Part shown: in pieces, positions 61,554 through 64,000 of the stretch
How the letters are laid out: each line of letters starts with the position of its first letter
Position numbering within the stretch: the stretch's first letter is position 1
DNA from: Macrostomum lignano
Lineage: Eukaryota
Direction of reading: 5' to 3'
Assembly (NCBI GenBank): GCA_002269645.1
Contig: NIVC01001837.1
Location: forward strand, 62,001-126,000
Length of the DNA: 64,000 nt
Program-made: the position numbers and the translations under genes
Notes under the pieces: generated by a model
Databases searched by the model: none
The model's input: the letters and a program-made list of their open reading frames with translations, nothing else
Told to the model about the DNA's origin: nothing

Positions 61554-63209
61554 CTCGAAAACAAAAGACAAGGACGGTAAAACAAATAAAGTTAAAGTGT
61601 GCTCTCTTAAAATGTTTTTGAATAAAATTGATGATTTTAGGCCCTTTTTATATGTGTTATCCTTTTACTTAGTAGAAAAAAATTTTGGTAATAAAACGTG
61701 ATATTTTTTAATTTCGGTGTTCGAATTTCGTTCGTCCAACTTGAATCTGCAGAAAAATGCTAAACGTTTTTCGACGATCATCTAAGCTTGTTTAGCAAGT
61801 AAGTAGTTTTGTGTTATTGTCTAAAAGCAGTGTTGCTCCATATATCGGTATTTACTTGACTTGCTGCGTTTAGTATATGCAATAAACATAGTCGGTAGAT
61901 TTTATTTTTAAATACAATAATAGTACGTTTTATAAACAGAATTATTCCTAGCCATTTATTGTTGGTATATGCCATCTAATCGGCAATCTAGTCATCTTAA
62001 AAATATTAGAGAAGTAAGCTCATTCTCAGTTAAAAAGCGATTGAAATACGGTTTTATCTGTATCTTTTGGTATAGTTAGAATTTTACATGTAAGGACATT
62101 GCCCTCTGTTACTTTTTAAATTTGAGTGAGCTTTGCGTTTTTACTTGACGACTTCATGGTGACCTTTACTCTTAATAAAATCAGCGTAGGAGTACCGGTA
62201 TCTCAGCTGTAACTCATTTTTCCACGATTCACTGTCTAAACGCACAATTTACATGTAGTTCGCAGTTCTTTAACCCACAATTTCCACACAGCTATTTTTC
62301 ATCATGAGTCTGAGTAGAAACCTGGATTGCAACTTCGACTTAGACCAAGAAGTTCAGCAACACGGAATCCTGAGTATTCGAGGAGACATTCCAACAAAGT
62401 GGCAGAAAAGGTAAACTCATTAGTTGTTGCACGTATCTGCCGATCGTGCTTTCTTAATGACTAATGGTAAACTTTGCTTGCTTTTATATTCTGATTTAGC
62501 TGCACCGTACTCGTAGTTTTGGCCATTTAAATAGTTTCCGCACAAAAACCTCGATCCTTAACAATTACAAGGCGAAAATGCATGACATTACGACATTGAG
62601 TTCTTTTTATGCACTTCAGCTTGTATTAACAAACAGAAAATCGTGTTTTTAGCCTTCATAGTAGCAATTATTAGGCTAAAAAACTGAACTCATCGCGAAC
62701 ATTTTATCACTATGACATGCATTCAGAAGTTCCATACAAAACTTTTCCATTTTTAAATTCTATGAAGCCGTGTGTACATGCACAGCTGCTCCAATAAAAT
62801 TTTTGCTCATTTAAACCGAATTTACAAGAAAATGGTTGTTGACCTGTGCATAACTTGCAACTGCAAAATTCAGACATAGCTGGTGCATAGGTATGTAAAC
62901 AATCCCTCTATTAATCTGGGCCCTGTCAGATGAATCTATGCTTGAAGCAGTTTGCGCTTGAATTTGGCTAGCAGCACACTGCACTCGGCGGGTATTTCCG
63001 GTGGTCGAATGAAGGCCTCGCCTACTTCTTCTTTATCTTTTCTGCCTGTTCAAATTAATCATTTATTAAACTGCCGGCATAGCCAAGGCAGTTAACTACT
63101 GCTACAGCAGCCTACTCTTGTTTTATTGATGTCGCCTAATAATTGGGCTGACTACTTTCTTTTACCTAGGAAATTTCGAAAGCAAGCTGCTACATCTTGC
63201 CCAGTTCAT

Positions 63210-64000
63210 TCAGATGGCTGCTACCCCCCCCCCGGTTCATTAATTCAGATGGCTGCTACCTCATCCCCCCATATCATTCAGATGGCTGCTTACCCCATCC
63301 CCCATATCATTCAGATGGCTGCTTACCCCATCCCCCCATATCATTCAGATGGCTGCTACCCCATCCCCTCAGTTCATTCAGATGGCTGCTACCCCATCCC
63401 CCCATATCATTCAGATGGCTGCTACCCCATCCCCTCAGTTCATTCAGATGGCTGCTTACCCCATCCCCCCATATCATTCAGATGGCTGCTACCCCATCCC
63501 CTCAGTTCATTCAGATGGCTGCTACCCCATCCCCCCATATCATTCAGATGGCTGCTACCCCATCCCCTCAGTTCATTCAGATGGCTGCTACCCCATCCCC
63601 CATATCATTCAGATGGCTGCTACCCCATCCCCTCAGTTCATTCAGATGGCTGCTACTCCATCCCCCCATATCATTCAGATGGCTGCTACCCCATCCCCTC
63701 AGTTCATTCAGATGGCTGCTACCCCATCCCCTCAGTTCATTCAAATGGCTGCTTACCCCATCCCCCCATATCATTCAGATGGCTGCTACCCCATCCCCTC
63801 AGTTCATTCAGATGGCTGCTACCCCATCCCCTCAGTTCATTCAGATGGCTGCTACCCCATCCCCTCAGTTCATTCAGATGGCTGCTACCCCATCCCCCCA
63901 TATCATTCAGATGGCTGCTACCCCATCCCCTCAGTTCATTCAGATGGCTGCTACCCCATCCCCTCAGTTCATTCAAATGGCTGCTTACCCCATCCCCCCA
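63210..64000. repeat. 33-bp two-variant minisatellite (CATCCCC[CCATAT/TCAGTT]CATTCAGATGGCTGCTACCC), runs off the window
   Basis: Directly visible. Confidence 0.95.

Overview
Eukaryotic, intron-containing genomic DNA: GC-rich exons in AT-rich, minisatellite-laden introns and spacers. The style, plus a 30-nt near-match to the spliced-leader sequence as I recall it, suggests the flatworm Macrostomum or a relative (inference). Well-supported genes, with splice phases checked by hand: a 9-exon ammonium transporter (Amt, minus, ~15.8-21.2 kb), AP-3 sigma subunit (plus, 49834-51732), thymine-DNA glycosylase TDG (minus, 53893-58486), a p75-neurotrophin-receptor-like TM + death-domain gene (minus, 22.7-23.7 kb) and a very divergent POU homeobox gene (minus, 30.1-32.3 kb). 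Also present: an intronless coiled-coil ORF (13064-14215), a broken ALK/LTK-type glycine-rich-domain gene, and a probable PAN-like exon at the left edge. Repeats include a ~2-kb internally deleted Ty3/Gypsy LTR element that keeps an intact-looking integrase, a 5.6-kb 30-bp satellite with a 1470-bp higher-order duplication, a ~6x 662-bp tandem array, about 20 minisatellites, a fold-back element in the AP3S intron, a tRNA-derived SINE and LINE fragments. The very long ORFs in the ORF track are repeat artefacts. Most interesting: the p75-like receptor with an apparently decayed or missing ectodomain; the TDG locus (C4 zinc-finger-like motif, polyQ tail, inverted intronic repeats around a 363-nt frame-symmetric exon pair, SL-like sequence abutting a SINE head); and the orphan POU factor.
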